In this document: piece by piece, positions 15,769 through 23,765 of the stretch
Numbering within the stretch: the stretch's first letter is position 1
Layout: each line of letters starts with the position of its first letter
Source: Candidatus Altimarinota bacterium
GTDB lineage: Bacteria > Patescibacteriota > Gracilibacteria > UBA1369
Length of the DNA stretch: 32,000 nt
Assembly: GCA_041659405.1 (NCBI GenBank)
Contig: JBAZYK010000012.1
Coordinates: forward strand, 1-32,000
Direction of reading: 5' to 3'
Position numbers and translations under genes: made by a program
Notes under the pieces: model-generated
Database searches by the model: none
The model's input: the letters and a program-made list of their open reading frames with translations, nothing else
Told to the model about the DNA's origin: nothing

Positions 15769-16875
15769 ATGAAGAAGTTTCTACTGGTGCCGATAGCTTT
15801 CATGCTTTTCGGTGTTTCTACAGCCTTTGCGGACATAATTCCTGCAGGACAAAAAGCTGTGCCTGCCTGCTCTAATTTTGATATTGCCAGTTTTCCTAAA
15901 CTAAAATTGGTTGCTCAAGAAAAAAACATGCAAGGCGTTAGTACTTATGTTTATGAAGTTAAAAACGGCGATTGTGCAGCTGTTAAAGGCTATAAATTTG
16001 ATCCGGTAAAAGTTTATGCCGTTGATGCCTCCACTACAGTTTCTGCCAACTACAATCCATCCGGTGATGCTTATGCATATCCAACAGATATAGCTGTTGT
16101 TACAAGTCCCGTATATTTGCCAGTTGCTGACTCAACAACTTATATTCGTTATGAATACAAAATTTTAGGTGTGGATAACTCAAACAAAAAACTCAAAATC
16201 GGCTTGGGAGCAAAGGAAACCAATGTATTGGCGACTGATTATATTGTAGCTCCGGTTGCAGGCCTGGATGATCATATTAATTTACCTTCAGTTCCATTTC
16301 TTGATGTGCCTGTTACCTCTATATATTTTGATGCAGTTTCTTACCTTAAAGCTCAAGGCGTTATCTCCGGTTACGCAGACGGCACTTTTAAGCCAAACAA
16401 CCCAATCAACCGCGCCGAATTCACAAAAATCATCATGGGATCATTAAACGATGCAGCTGGAATTGAGGCTTGTTTAAGCAATTATCAAACAAATGGGGGA
16501 TTGGTTGTATTTAGCGACGCAAGAACTACTCTTCAGAATTCAACACCGGCATGGTATTTAAAATATGTTTGCTATGCCAAAAACAAAGGTTTCATTAACG
16601 GCTATCCGGATGGAACTTTTAAACCGGATAATTTTATCAATTTTGTGGAAGCGGCAAAAATTTTAGCAAATGTTTTCCAGCTTGGATCCGATGCGCAGCC
16701 AAATGACCCTTGGTATAAAGTTTATGTCGATGTTTTGGCTTATCAAAAGGCTATTCCTACAACTATTTTAAAGTTTGCTCAACAAATTACTCGTGGCGAA
16801 ATGGCTGAAATGGTCTATCGCCTAAAAACCGGAAATAAAACTAAGGCATCAATGTCTTATTCACAAATGAACTAG
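15769..16875 (+). CDS. secreted S-layer homology (SLH) domain protein
   Basis: Start at ATG 15769 gives the signal peptide MKKFLLVPIAFMLFGVSTAFA. The C-terminal half holds three SLH-like repeats (FLDVP...GVISGYADGTFKPNNPINRAEFTKII; GFINGYPDGTFKPDNFINFVEAAKIL; ...ITRGEMAEMVYRL). Confidence 0.85.
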   Translation: MKKFLLVPIAFMLFGVSTAFADIIPAGQKAVPACSNFDIASFPKLKLVAQEKNMQGVSTYVYEVKNGDCAAVKGYKFDPVKVYAVDASTTVSANYNPSGDAYAYPTDIAVVTSPVYLPVADSTTYIRYEYKILGVDNSNKKLKIGLGAKETNVLATDYIVAPVAGLDDHINLPSVPFLDVPVTSIYFDAVSYLKAQGVISGYADGTFKPNNPINRAEFTKIIMGSLNDAAGIEACLSNYQTNGGLVVFSDARTTLQNSTPAWYLKYVCYAKNKGFINGYPDGTFKPDNFINFVEAAKILANVFQLGSDAQPNDPWYKVYVDVLAYQKAIPTTILKFAQQITRGEMAEMVYRLKTGNKTKASMSYSQMN

Positions 16876-16902
16876 TCGAACCGGATCTGTTTGATCATAA
16901 CA

Positions 16903-17337
16903 ATGCCATACGAACAACAATTTTTTAGCGCACTGGCTCTAACCGTTTCCCTTGAACTTGCTGCCGGCATCATCCTAATCAAGATGGTGCCGACCCTGTT
17001 CGGGATGGGCGAACTGGTGCCTTCCGCAAAAGGCGCTAAGGGCGCAAATAAGGCGCAAGAGGGAACACATGGCTCACAGGCGGCAAAGGCGCGTTGGCTC
17101 AAAATAATTTTTGGCATCATTTTGGCTTCAACATTAACGTTGCCCTACGTCTGGTTTTTGTGGCCATTTTTCTTTCAAGAACGGATCACCTACATTATTA
17201 TCAGCGAACTGTGGGCATGGCTAATGGAAGCCATATTTTACCGATTTTACTTTGACATGAATTGGAAAAAAGCCCTGACATTTTCTTTCATCTTAAACGC
17301 CTGTTCGTTTTTAATTGGGCTGGTGGTGATGTGGTAA
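16903..17337 (+). CDS. small polytopic membrane protein, hypothetical
   Basis: About 144 aa from ATG 16903 (the ORF track uses TTG 16891). It has hydrophobic helices plus a polar K/G/A/Q loop (SAKGAKGANKAQEGTHGSQAAKA). Confidence 0.6.
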   Translation: MPYEQQFFSALALTVSLELAAGIILIKMVPTLFGMGELVPSAKGAKGANKAQEGTHGSQAAKARWLKIIFGIILASTLTLPYVWFLWPFFFQERITYIIISELWAWLMEAIFYRFYFDMNWKKALTFSFILNACSFLIGLVVMW

Positions 17338-17346
17338 TTGCATTTT

Positions 17347-17375
17347 TTGCCAAAACCGGCATTTGCATATATATT
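17347..17375 (+). promoter_or_regulatory. candidate promoter of the mntA-hepT operon (would give a leaderless or near-leaderless mRNA)
   Basis: TTGCCA (17347-17352), 17-nt spacer, TATATT (17370-17375). The ATG at 17382 is 7 nt after the -10 element. Confidence 0.3.
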
Positions 17376-17381
17376 TAAGCC

Positions 17382-17768
17382 ATGAATATTGCAGACCTAA
17401 AAAAAGCCTTCTTGAAAATCCCGGCCATCAAGCTGGTATATCTTTTTGGTTCGCAAGCTACAGGCAAAGCAGGACCATTAAGCGACCATGATTTTGCTTT
17501 TTATCTTGAAGAAAAAAATCCCAAGAAAAGATTTGAGCTAAGACTAAAACTTTATGGGATTTTAAGTTCCCATCTTAAAACAGACAATATTGATGTTGTG
17601 ATTCTTAACGATACCGATGGACCCGAACTTAAATATGCAATTATTACAGAAGGTAAACTTATTTATAGCAAAGAACCTTACAATATTATGGTTGAACCAC
17701 GAATTCTTAACGAATATTTTGACTTCAGGGAAGGCCTTTTAAGAAATAAAATAATTAAAATCGCATGA
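17382..17768 (+). CDS. mntA: MntA-type nucleotidyltransferase antitoxin (type VII TA)
   Basis: 128 aa with the GSX10DXD minimal-NTase motif (GSQATGKAGPLSDHD). It overlaps the downstream HepT gene by 4 bp (ATGA). Confidence 0.9.
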   Translation: MNIADLKKAFLKIPAIKLVYLFGSQATGKAGPLSDHDFAFYLEEKNPKKRFELRLKLYGILSSHLKTDNIDVVILNDTDGPELKYAIITEGKLIYSKEPYNIMVEPRILNEYFDFREGLLRNKIIKIA

Positions 17769-18184
17769 CCGCAGCGACAACAATTCAAAATAAAATCAGT
17801 TACTTGAAGAAAATCCTTAAAATAATTAAGGGATTTAAAAAATATTCCCTGACAATAATTGAAGAGGATTTATTGGTAAAAGGAGCCGTAGAACGTTACC
17901 TCTATCTTCTCTGCCAGGCTTCAATCGATTTAGCTGAGGCCGTAATTACTTACAAGCATCTGCGCAAACCAACAACATACAAAGAAACTTTTGAAATTCT
18001 GTCCGAGGAAAATATTATTACACCTAAATTGCGGGAAAAACTTATCAGTATGGTCGGTTTTAGAAATATAGTTGCTCACGATTATGTAAAGATAGACTAC
18101 AAAATCGCCTATGAAATCATTCATGAAAAGCTAAAAGACATTGAAGATTTTATTAAAAAAATTGCCATAAAACTTAATGTTTAG
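17765..18184 (+). CDS. hepT: HepT/DUF86 HEPN-domain RNase toxin
   Basis: 139 aa with the Rx4HD HEPN motif (RNIVAHD), translationally coupled to mntA. Confidence 0.9.
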   Translation: MTAATTIQNKISYLKKILKIIKGFKKYSLTIIEEDLLVKGAVERYLYLLCQASIDLAEAVITYKHLRKPTTYKETFEILSEENIITPKLREKLISMVGFRNIVAHDYVKIDYKIAYEIIHEKLKDIEDFIKKIAIKLNV

Positions 18185-18230
18185 CCGGCCCCTGAAACGT
18201 AAAACACTTTACCCTGTTAAAATTAATTGA

Positions 18231-18282
18231 TTCCCCACGCACGAAGTGCCTATTTCTACTGCTGGCGAAGCGAGCTCCATTT
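18231..18282. repeat. dispersed intergenic repeat, copy A
   Basis: ttccccacgcacgaagtgcctatttctactgctggcgaagcgagctccattt. It matches 27511-27563 at 46 of 53 hand-aligned positions, including a 23-nt identical core. It contains a GCAC-GAA-GTGC mini-hairpin and lies between the convergent hepT and pdxT genes. Confidence 0.75.
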
Positions 18283-19126
18283 AGATCAGCCCCAAAAAAT
18301 ACTCATGCAAGCGCGTGTCTCCGGTTAATTCCGGATGAAAAGTTGAAGCGAGTAGATTTCCTTGTTGCACCAATACGATTTTTCTTTCATGAGTCGCCAG
18401 AATTTGCGGCGCACTAGAGTTTTTTTCTAAATCTTTCGCGATTTTGAAAATTCTCCCCCGGGGGACAATTGGTTGTACACTCACAATAATTGGCGCGCGA
18501 ATAAAGGCGGCTTTTAAGCCATTAATTCCAATAGCTGGGATATCGAGCTCAGTATAAAAACTATCAATTTGGCGGCCATAGGCGTTGCGCTGAACCGTCA
18601 TATCCATCAAACCCAAATGCGGTGGAACAATTTCTGCCTGAATGTTTTTAGCTAAAACAATTGCACCGGCACAGGTTCCCCAAATCGGTAGATCACGATT
18701 GTAATCTTTGCGAGATTTGCCTGCGTCGAGCTGCTTTTGAGCTTCAGATCGCCCCTGCCCCGCCACCCGTTCCTTAATTGCCTTCATCAATCCCGTTTCC
18801 TCCAAAAAAAATCCGATAACCGTGCTTTCACCTCCGGGAATAATTAACGCATCCACCTGCGCCAAATCCGCCACAGTTCGGACTTCCAAAACCTCACATC
18901 CCAATTTTTTCAAAATGCGTTCATGCTCAATTACGTCGCCTTGAAAAGCCAAAATTCCAACACGGGAAAAGTTTTTTCCTCGCGAAGATGCCGAAGAGGT
19001 CGAAATTTGTGGGCTTGCTTTTGTGGATTTTTCTGTCGTATTCACGGCTTCGTTGACGAAGCCCTTAATTTTGGCTTGCTGTAAAGGAGGCTTTGTCTTG
19101 CACTCTAATTTATTGTAATTTAACAT
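18281..19126 (-). CDS. pdxT: pyridoxal 5'-phosphate synthase glutaminase subunit PdxT, with N-terminal extension and internal insertions
   Basis: Class I glutamine amidotransferase motifs VGILAFQGD, IIPGGEST, WGTCAG and FHPELT are present. It lies 42 nt downstream of pdxS. At 281 aa it is well above the ~190-200 aa typical for PdxT. Confidence 0.9.
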   Translation of the reverse strand: MLNYNKLECKTKPPLQQAKIKGFVNEAVNTTEKSTKASPQISTSSASSRGKNFSRVGILAFQGDVIEHERILKKLGCEVLEVRTVADLAQVDALIIPGGESTVIGFFLEETGLMKAIKERVAGQGRSEAQKQLDAGKSRKDYNRDLPIWGTCAGAIVLAKNIQAEIVPPHLGLMDMTVQRNAYGRQIDSFYTELDIPAIGINGLKAAFIRAPIIVSVQPIVPRGRIFKIAKDLEKNSSAPQILATHERKIVLVQQGNLLASTFHPELTGDTRLHEYFLGLI

Positions 19127-19168
19127 TCCTCAAAATTCTTAAAATACTCTTACTCGTTCGCAAACGAG

Positions 19169-20086
19169 CTACAAATTTTTTCCACGGTCCTGCATTCTGG
19201 TTTCCACACTCCCTGCCTGAATGCCAAACATCGCTTCTCCAAGACCTTCACTGACTTTTGCCAACATGGCCGGATCTTGATAATGCATGGTTGCCAAAAC
19301 AATTGCTCTTGCCCTTTTTTCCGGATCTTTAGATTTGAAAATTCCTGATCCAACAAAAACTCCTTCTGCCCCAATTTGCATGAGTAGTGCCGCATCGGCC
19401 GGAGTCGCAAGTCCACCTGCTGCAAAATTCACCACCGGCAATTTTCCCAAATCGCGAACTTTTTTCACAAGTTCCACTGAAACACGTTGTTCACGTGCAT
19501 ATTTGGCAAGAGCCGCCGCTGACATTTTTTTCAAACCGGCAATTTCTCCCAAAATTAGGCGCATATGACGAACAGCTTCAATTACATCACCGGTCCCAGG
19601 TTCGCCTTTAGTGCGAATCATGGCAGCACCTTCAGCGATTCTACGCAATGCTTCTCCCAAATTGGTAGCTCCACAAACAAACGGTACCTTGAAATCCGAT
19701 TTTACAACATGGCGGTTATCTGCAGGAGTTAAAACTTCGCTTTCATCAATAAAATCAACTTCCAAAGCTTCCAAAATCTGGGCTTCCACAAAATGACCAA
19801 TGCGAACTTTTGCCATAACCGGAATAGAAACGGCCGCCTGGATTTCACGAATCAGTTTTGGATCGCTCATGCGGGCAACACCACCTTGTGCTCGAATATC
19901 CGCAGGCACACGCTCCAAAGCCATCACAGCAACGGCACCCGCTTTTTCGGCAATGCGCGCCTGGTCGGCATTAACTACGTCCATAATGACCCCACCTTTC
20001 AACATTTGGGCCAAATTTTCTTTGATTGAAAGCGTACCTTTTACATCTAGCTTACTGTTCTTGGATTTTGTGGATTGAGTTGGCAT
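19169..20086 (-). CDS. pdxS: pyridoxal 5'-phosphate synthase lyase subunit PdxS
   Basis: 305 aa. [46 protein letters not shown] and the rest align end to end with PdxS/SNZ. Confidence 0.97.
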   Translation of the reverse strand: MPTQSTKSKNSKLDVKGTLSIKENLAQMLKGGVIMDVVNADQARIAEKAGAVAVMALERVPADIRAQGGVARMSDPKLIREIQAAVSIPVMAKVRIGHFVEAQILEALEVDFIDESEVLTPADNRHVVKSDFKVPFVCGATNLGEALRRIAEGAAMIRTKGEPGTGDVIEAVRHMRLILGEIAGLKKMSAAALAKYAREQRVSVELVKKVRDLGKLPVVNFAAGGLATPADAALLMQIGAEGVFVGSGIFKSKDPEKRARAIVLATMHYQDPAMLAKVSEGLGEAMFGIQAGSVETRMQDRGKNL

Positions 20087-20160
20087 TTTTGCCTAAAGTT
20101 AAAGGATTTTTATCTGTTCACGGCGAAAAGAACTTTATCAATCTCAAAGCTGTTCGTCAA

Positions 20161-20967
20161 TTACTCTTTCGCAACCGGACCATTTCCTTTTTTCTTGAGC
20201 ATAAAGAGCAAAAGGGCTCCTGCAACTACCATGGCTAAAGACAGAATTTGTCCCTCGGTAAAATATTTCAAAATATAGCCGATTTGAACATCCGGCTCAC
20301 GCGTAAACTCAATCGCAAAACGAAAAATTCCATAAAAAATCAGAAAAATTCCGGTCACCACGCCGGTTCTTTTTGTCTTTTTGCTAACAAAATAAACAAT
20401 CATAAATAAAACCAAACCTTCAAAAAAAGATTCAAAAAGTTGAGATGGATAACGACAATTTCCCGGATCATTTGGAAAATGCAGACAAATTTTTTGGGCC
20501 AAGGCGGAACTACCGGCGATCCTGCCATAAAGTTCGCCATTGATAAAATTGCCAAGTCTTCCAAGTAAAAGCCCAATTGGCGCGATTGCAGTCACCGCGT
20601 CACTCATTCCTAAAAGTTTCACTTTATATTTTTTGCTCATAATCCAAAGGCCCAGGCACACGCCCAAAAGTCCACCATGAAAAGACATGCCACCTTCCCA
20701 AACCGCCAGAATTTTAAGCGGGTTTTGGAAATAATAAGGCAAATTATAAAAAAGAATATAGCCAAGTCTTCCACCCAAAAGTACTCCCAAAATTATCACA
20801 ATCAACATGTTGTCGATTTGCGTTTCACTTAAGTTCATTTTTTTAGCGATTTTGGAGTTGTGCAGCCAAAAATAGCCAATCAAAAAGCCAAGAGAATACA
20901 TCAATCCATACCAATGAACCGCCAGCGGCCCGATGTTAAACAGGATCGGATTAAAATACCAGGGCAT
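20161..20967 (-). CDS. lgt: prolipoprotein diacylglyceryl transferase
   Basis: 268 aa with Lgt signatures HWYGLMYSLGFL, GGRLGY, SFHGGLLG and GRLGNFINGELYGR. Confidence 0.95.
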   Translation of the reverse strand: MPWYFNPILFNIGPLAVHWYGLMYSLGFLIGYFWLHNSKIAKKMNLSETQIDNMLIVIILGVLLGGRLGYILFYNLPYYFQNPLKILAVWEGGMSFHGGLLGVCLGLWIMSKKYKVKLLGMSDAVTAIAPIGLLLGRLGNFINGELYGRIAGSSALAQKICLHFPNDPGNCRYPSQLFESFFEGLVLFMIVYFVSKKTKRTGVVTGIFLIFYGIFRFAIEFTREPDVQIGYILKYFTEGQILSLAMVVAGALLLFMLKKKGNGPVAKE

Positions 20968-21108
20968 ATAAATTAGTTAATGAGGATGCGTAATTCCTTG
21001 GGTATTGTACGGGAAAATTCACCAAAGCCAAACTGAAAAATGAATATAATTGAACATAGGTATATAATAAACAATGTTTTGCCTCGATCACTCACATAAC
21101 CAAAAAAA

Positions 21109-21714
21109 ATGATTTATCTGGAACTACTGGGGTTGGTTTTATTGGTCAATATTGCTCCCGCGTTTGTCCCTCCAACTTGGACTATTCTGGTTTATTTTAT
21201 TGTTAAACATAATCTTTATTTGCCCTTGGTTGTTGTTTGCGGCGTAGCTGCAGCCACTCTTGGACGATTCATTTTGTCCAAATATATTGGCATAATCAGC
21301 CATTCACTTTTTAATGAAGAACAAATTGAAAACATTGGCTATATTGGCAAACGTCTGGGCAAAACCAAAAAAGCGAATTTCTTTTTTACTTTTTTATATT
21401 CATTAACTCCGCTTTCTACTACGGCGCTTTTCGTGGCTGCAGGAATTGCGAAAATCAGAATGGATATGGTTTTATTGGGATTTTTCTTAGGAAGAGTTGT
21501 AAGTTACACCGTTTTAGCTACATCAGCCAGAGCTTTATCAAGTAATATGACTTCAGCTGATGGCGGCGGGTTGACCTGGGGGAGTATAGTGAAGATTTTA
21601 CTCGCGGCTATCGTATTTTTGTTTTTTATTTTTATTGATTGGAAGGCTTTATTGGAACACAAGAAAATCCGCATAAAATGGCACATCTGGCGCTGGAGCA
21701 AGAAAAAAGATTAA
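21109..21714 (+). CDS. polytopic membrane protein, possibly DedA/VTT-like
   Basis: 201 aa with about 5 TM helices. The N-terminal LVNIAPAFVPPTWTILVYF weakly resembles the DedA/YqaA re-entrant motif; family assignment is tentative. Confidence 0.6.
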   Translation: MIYLELLGLVLLVNIAPAFVPPTWTILVYFIVKHNLYLPLVVVCGVAAATLGRFILSKYIGIISHSLFNEEQIENIGYIGKRLGKTKKANFFFTFLYSLTPLSTTALFVAAGIAKIRMDMVLLGFFLGRVVSYTVLATSARALSSNMTSADGGGLTWGSIVKILLAAIVFLFFIFIDWKALLEHKKIRIKWHIWRWSKKKD

Positions 21715-21741
21715 ACAAGGAATTTTGCCGCAAGTCGGGTC

Positions 21742-22401
21742 TTACAGAAAGTGAAAACTTCCTACGATCTGTTGAAAGTATGCGTTTGGATCAGGCCACA
21801 ACTCTCTTTTTAAGATCTCGAAAATTTCCTGATTTTTCATGATTATTGCCATTTCCGTATTGCTATAAACTGGCTTCCCGTCCTTTTCATCAACAGCTAC
21901 CGGGTCTTTTAAATAAAGCAGCGTCGTCCCATCCCGTTTTTCCGTTTTAAGAATTGTCATTGGTGGCAAAGTTCCTCTTTGTTTATTTTGCCTTTTAAGC
22001 CAATCGTAAACATCTTTTGCCGCAGTTTCATTTGCTGAAATATTGATTAGCCAAGGGCCATCGGTGCCTTTATTTGAAAAGCCTATAGTTTTAGGGCCAT
22101 CTTCCAATAAATCCAAATTATTCGGATACAGAAGACTATATTGTTTGCTACGATCGGTATAACTGTTCAATTTTGAATTATAATTTTTTGGAATGATAGT
22201 TTGATTTTCGGGAATTTGGGCTTCAGTCTGGGTTAAAACTTGAGTTTGAGAAGTTGGAACCAAAGCCGTAGTTGGAGTTGACGATGTATTATCTACCGCC
22301 GTTTTTTGTGGAGGTAAGTTTAGCAAAATAATCCAAATACCGGTCATTAAAACAAGCACTAAGGTGAAAACGAAATATTTATTTTTCATATATTGTTTCA
22401 T
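21742..22401 (-). CDS. membrane-anchored extracytoplasmic protein, hypothetical
   Basis: 219 aa with an N-terminal TM anchor (YFVFTLVLVLMTGIWIILL), a T/Q/S-rich linker and then a globular domain. Confidence 0.65.
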   Translation of the reverse strand: MKQYMKNKYFVFTLVLVLMTGIWIILLNLPPQKTAVDNTSSTPTTALVPTSQTQVLTQTEAQIPENQTIIPKNYNSKLNSYTDRSKQYSLLYPNNLDLLEDGPKTIGFSNKGTDGPWLINISANETAAKDVYDWLKRQNKQRGTLPPMTILKTEKRDGTTLLYLKDPVAVDEKDGKPVYSNTEMAIIMKNQEIFEILKRELWPDPNAYFQQIVGSFHFL

Positions 22402-22470
22402 GGTTATTAAATAAAAATTATTTTTTTAGACGTGTAAGTTTTCGGCACAATTATATTCTTTTTAGGGAGT

Positions 22471-22495
22471 GGGGCGCCAGACTTGCTGGCGCCCC
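22471..22495 (-). terminator. GC-rich hairpin downstream of the island gene (terminator-like, no U-tract)
   Basis: ggggcgccag-acttg-ctggcgcccc is a perfect 10-bp G+C stem 66 nt after the TGA stop at 22562-22564. No T-run follows on the minus strand. Confidence 0.45.
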
Positions 22496-22561
22496 GATTG
22501 GGAAGGATGTTCGGAGGGATCGCATCGGGTGATCAGGTTGCCCTGCCACGCCGATTGGTGA

Positions 22562-23194
22562 TCAACCGCCGGTGATCTGGTACACGGTGTACTTTTGTTG
22601 CCCATTGATCGTGACCATCTTGAGGAAGGCGGCGACCGTTTGGCAGTGTATGCGGACCGTCTTGTCGAGCTTGTAGTTGCTGTCGATCCAGCAGATGTTG
22701 CCGCCGATGTTGGACGACACGATGGCCGTGTGAGGGCCCGGGAGGTTCATCTGAACGACGTTCCCGGGTTGCGCGTTCCAGATGCTGCCCATGTTCTGGA
22801 CTTTGCTGCTGCCGCACCAGTACCAGCCGGTTTCGCCAGGGCAGGTCGCCGGGATCGTGATTGTCCCCTTCGAGGCATCGCTGACGACTTTGCGAGCCCA
22901 GTTCTTGCAGTTCAGGCCGACGTATTTGCCGTTGTCGGCCTTGGCCCGGTTCAGGATGGTGTTGTTCCTCGACCACTGGCCGAGGGCCTTCCACCACTGC
23001 GCCCACCACGTCAGGGCGTCCTCGTTTTCGCCGATTGACGAGTCGTCCTCCACATCGTCCTGCGCATCGTCCTGCGCGTTGGTCGTGTCCGAGCCGAGAA
23101 GCTCCTCTTCGGACGGCGCAATGCAGCCGAAGCTCACCACGCTGATGCCGAAGGCCAGAGCCACGATCAGACACAACTTCAGAAACGTTTTCAT
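22562..23194 (-). CDS. CHAP / NlpC-P60-like papain-fold amidase lipoprotein (putative peptidoglycan hydrolase)
   Basis: Start at ATG 23194 gives the signal MKTFLKLCLIVALAFGISVVSFGC with a lipobox, preceded by an SD (GAAGG, 6 nt upstream). An acidic linker (DDAQDDVEDDSS) follows. Candidate catalytic residues are Cys in GLNCKNWARKVV, His in GNVVQMNLPGPHTAIVSS and a polar residue in ICWIDSNY, in CHAP-domain order. Confidence 0.7.
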   Translation of the reverse strand: MKTFLKLCLIVALAFGISVVSFGCIAPSEEELLGSDTTNAQDDAQDDVEDDSSIGENEDALTWWAQWWKALGQWSRNNTILNRAKADNGKYVGLNCKNWARKVVSDASKGTITIPATCPGETGWYWCGSSKVQNMGSIWNAQPGNVVQMNLPGPHTAIVSSNIGGNICWIDSNYKLDKTVRIHCQTVAAFLKMVTINGQQKYTVYQITGG

Positions 23195-23447
23195 ACCGTA
23201 CCTTCTTTCAATGATCAATCCAGTTGGGCTATTTGCCCACTATCATGGACCCCAATGTTCATGACGCCCCGACATTAGCAATCCAGTCATTAAATTTTTC
23301 TAAACTGAATCTGAAATAATCATGAAAGTTGAAACTACGCGTGAAAAAATTTGCCAAACTATTAAACCCCCGCAATTCACCGCAAGATGATTGACTTTTT
23401 AAGTTAAAAGCGCTTAAATACGCACTCAACCAACTCAAAAAAAACAC

Positions 23448-23744
23448 ATGCTCGGAGGAAATTTAGAGAATGAATCAGAAGTTACTCTACATGCCAAAAT
23501 ATTTACCGGCCCAAAAAAATGCAAGAAATGGGATGATGAAGTTTGGGGGGTAATTGACCAACTGCAGGCCTCTGGTCATGTAATTAACTATGAGGGTTTT
23601 GATGAAACGGGCGAAGTATTTTGTGTAACAGTGAAGATTTGTGAAGAGGTTAGGGCAATTTTGGCCAAAACCGATATCATTTTTTCGATCACTCCACAAT
23701 TCGGTCGTTTTCATGGTATTCCACCGCAAAATAAACAACTATAA
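23448..23744 (+). CDS. hypothetical protein
   Basis: 98-aa ORF with balanced, soluble-like composition and no recognisable motif. The overlapping antisense ORF looks less protein-like. Confidence 0.4.
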   Translation: MLGGNLENESEVTLHAKIFTGPKKCKKWDDEVWGVIDQLQASGHVINYEGFDETGEVFCVTVKICEEVRAILAKTDIIFSITPQFGRFHGIPPQNKQL

Positions 23745-23765
23745 AATCAAATATAATCCCGCTTT

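Larger units (their letters stand above)
22465..23285. other. GC-rich compositional island (putative horizontally acquired single-gene insert)
   Basis: Hand counts of 60-nt lines give 38/60 (22681-22740) and 35/60 (22861-22920) G+C inside, against 18/60 (22321-22380) and 17/60 (23281-23340) in the flanks. Codons inside are GC3-rich. Confidence 0.8.

Noticed and set aside
18252-18261. ATTTCTACTG within repeat copy A resembles the 3' part of Cas12a direct repeats (AATTTCTACTGTTGTAGAT)
   Set aside because: The following bases cannot form the Cas12a pseudoknot stem (no GTAGA complement). There is no array periodicity, no spacers and no cas genes in the window. The 10-nt match is treated as coincidence.
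19150-19425. 91-aa minus-strand ORF overlapping the 3' end of pdxS in another frame, plus the plus-strand ORFs at 19287-20078
   Set aside because: They lie fully within the highly conserved pdxS gene and are frame artefacts.
22533-23264. Three alternative ORFs (213, 147 and 160 aa) overlapping the CHAP-like gene
   Set aside because: These are high-GC open frames typical of GC-rich DNA. Their products are Arg/Gly/Pro-rich with no signal or motifs, whereas the 22562-23194 frame has a lipoprotein signal, an SD and a coherent catalytic-residue pattern.
23259-23447. 62-aa minus-strand ORF between the island and the 98-aa gene
   Set aside because: It has odd F/S/N-rich composition, no promoter or RBS context and spans AT-rich intergenic-looking DNA. 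It is more likely a non-coding promoter region.
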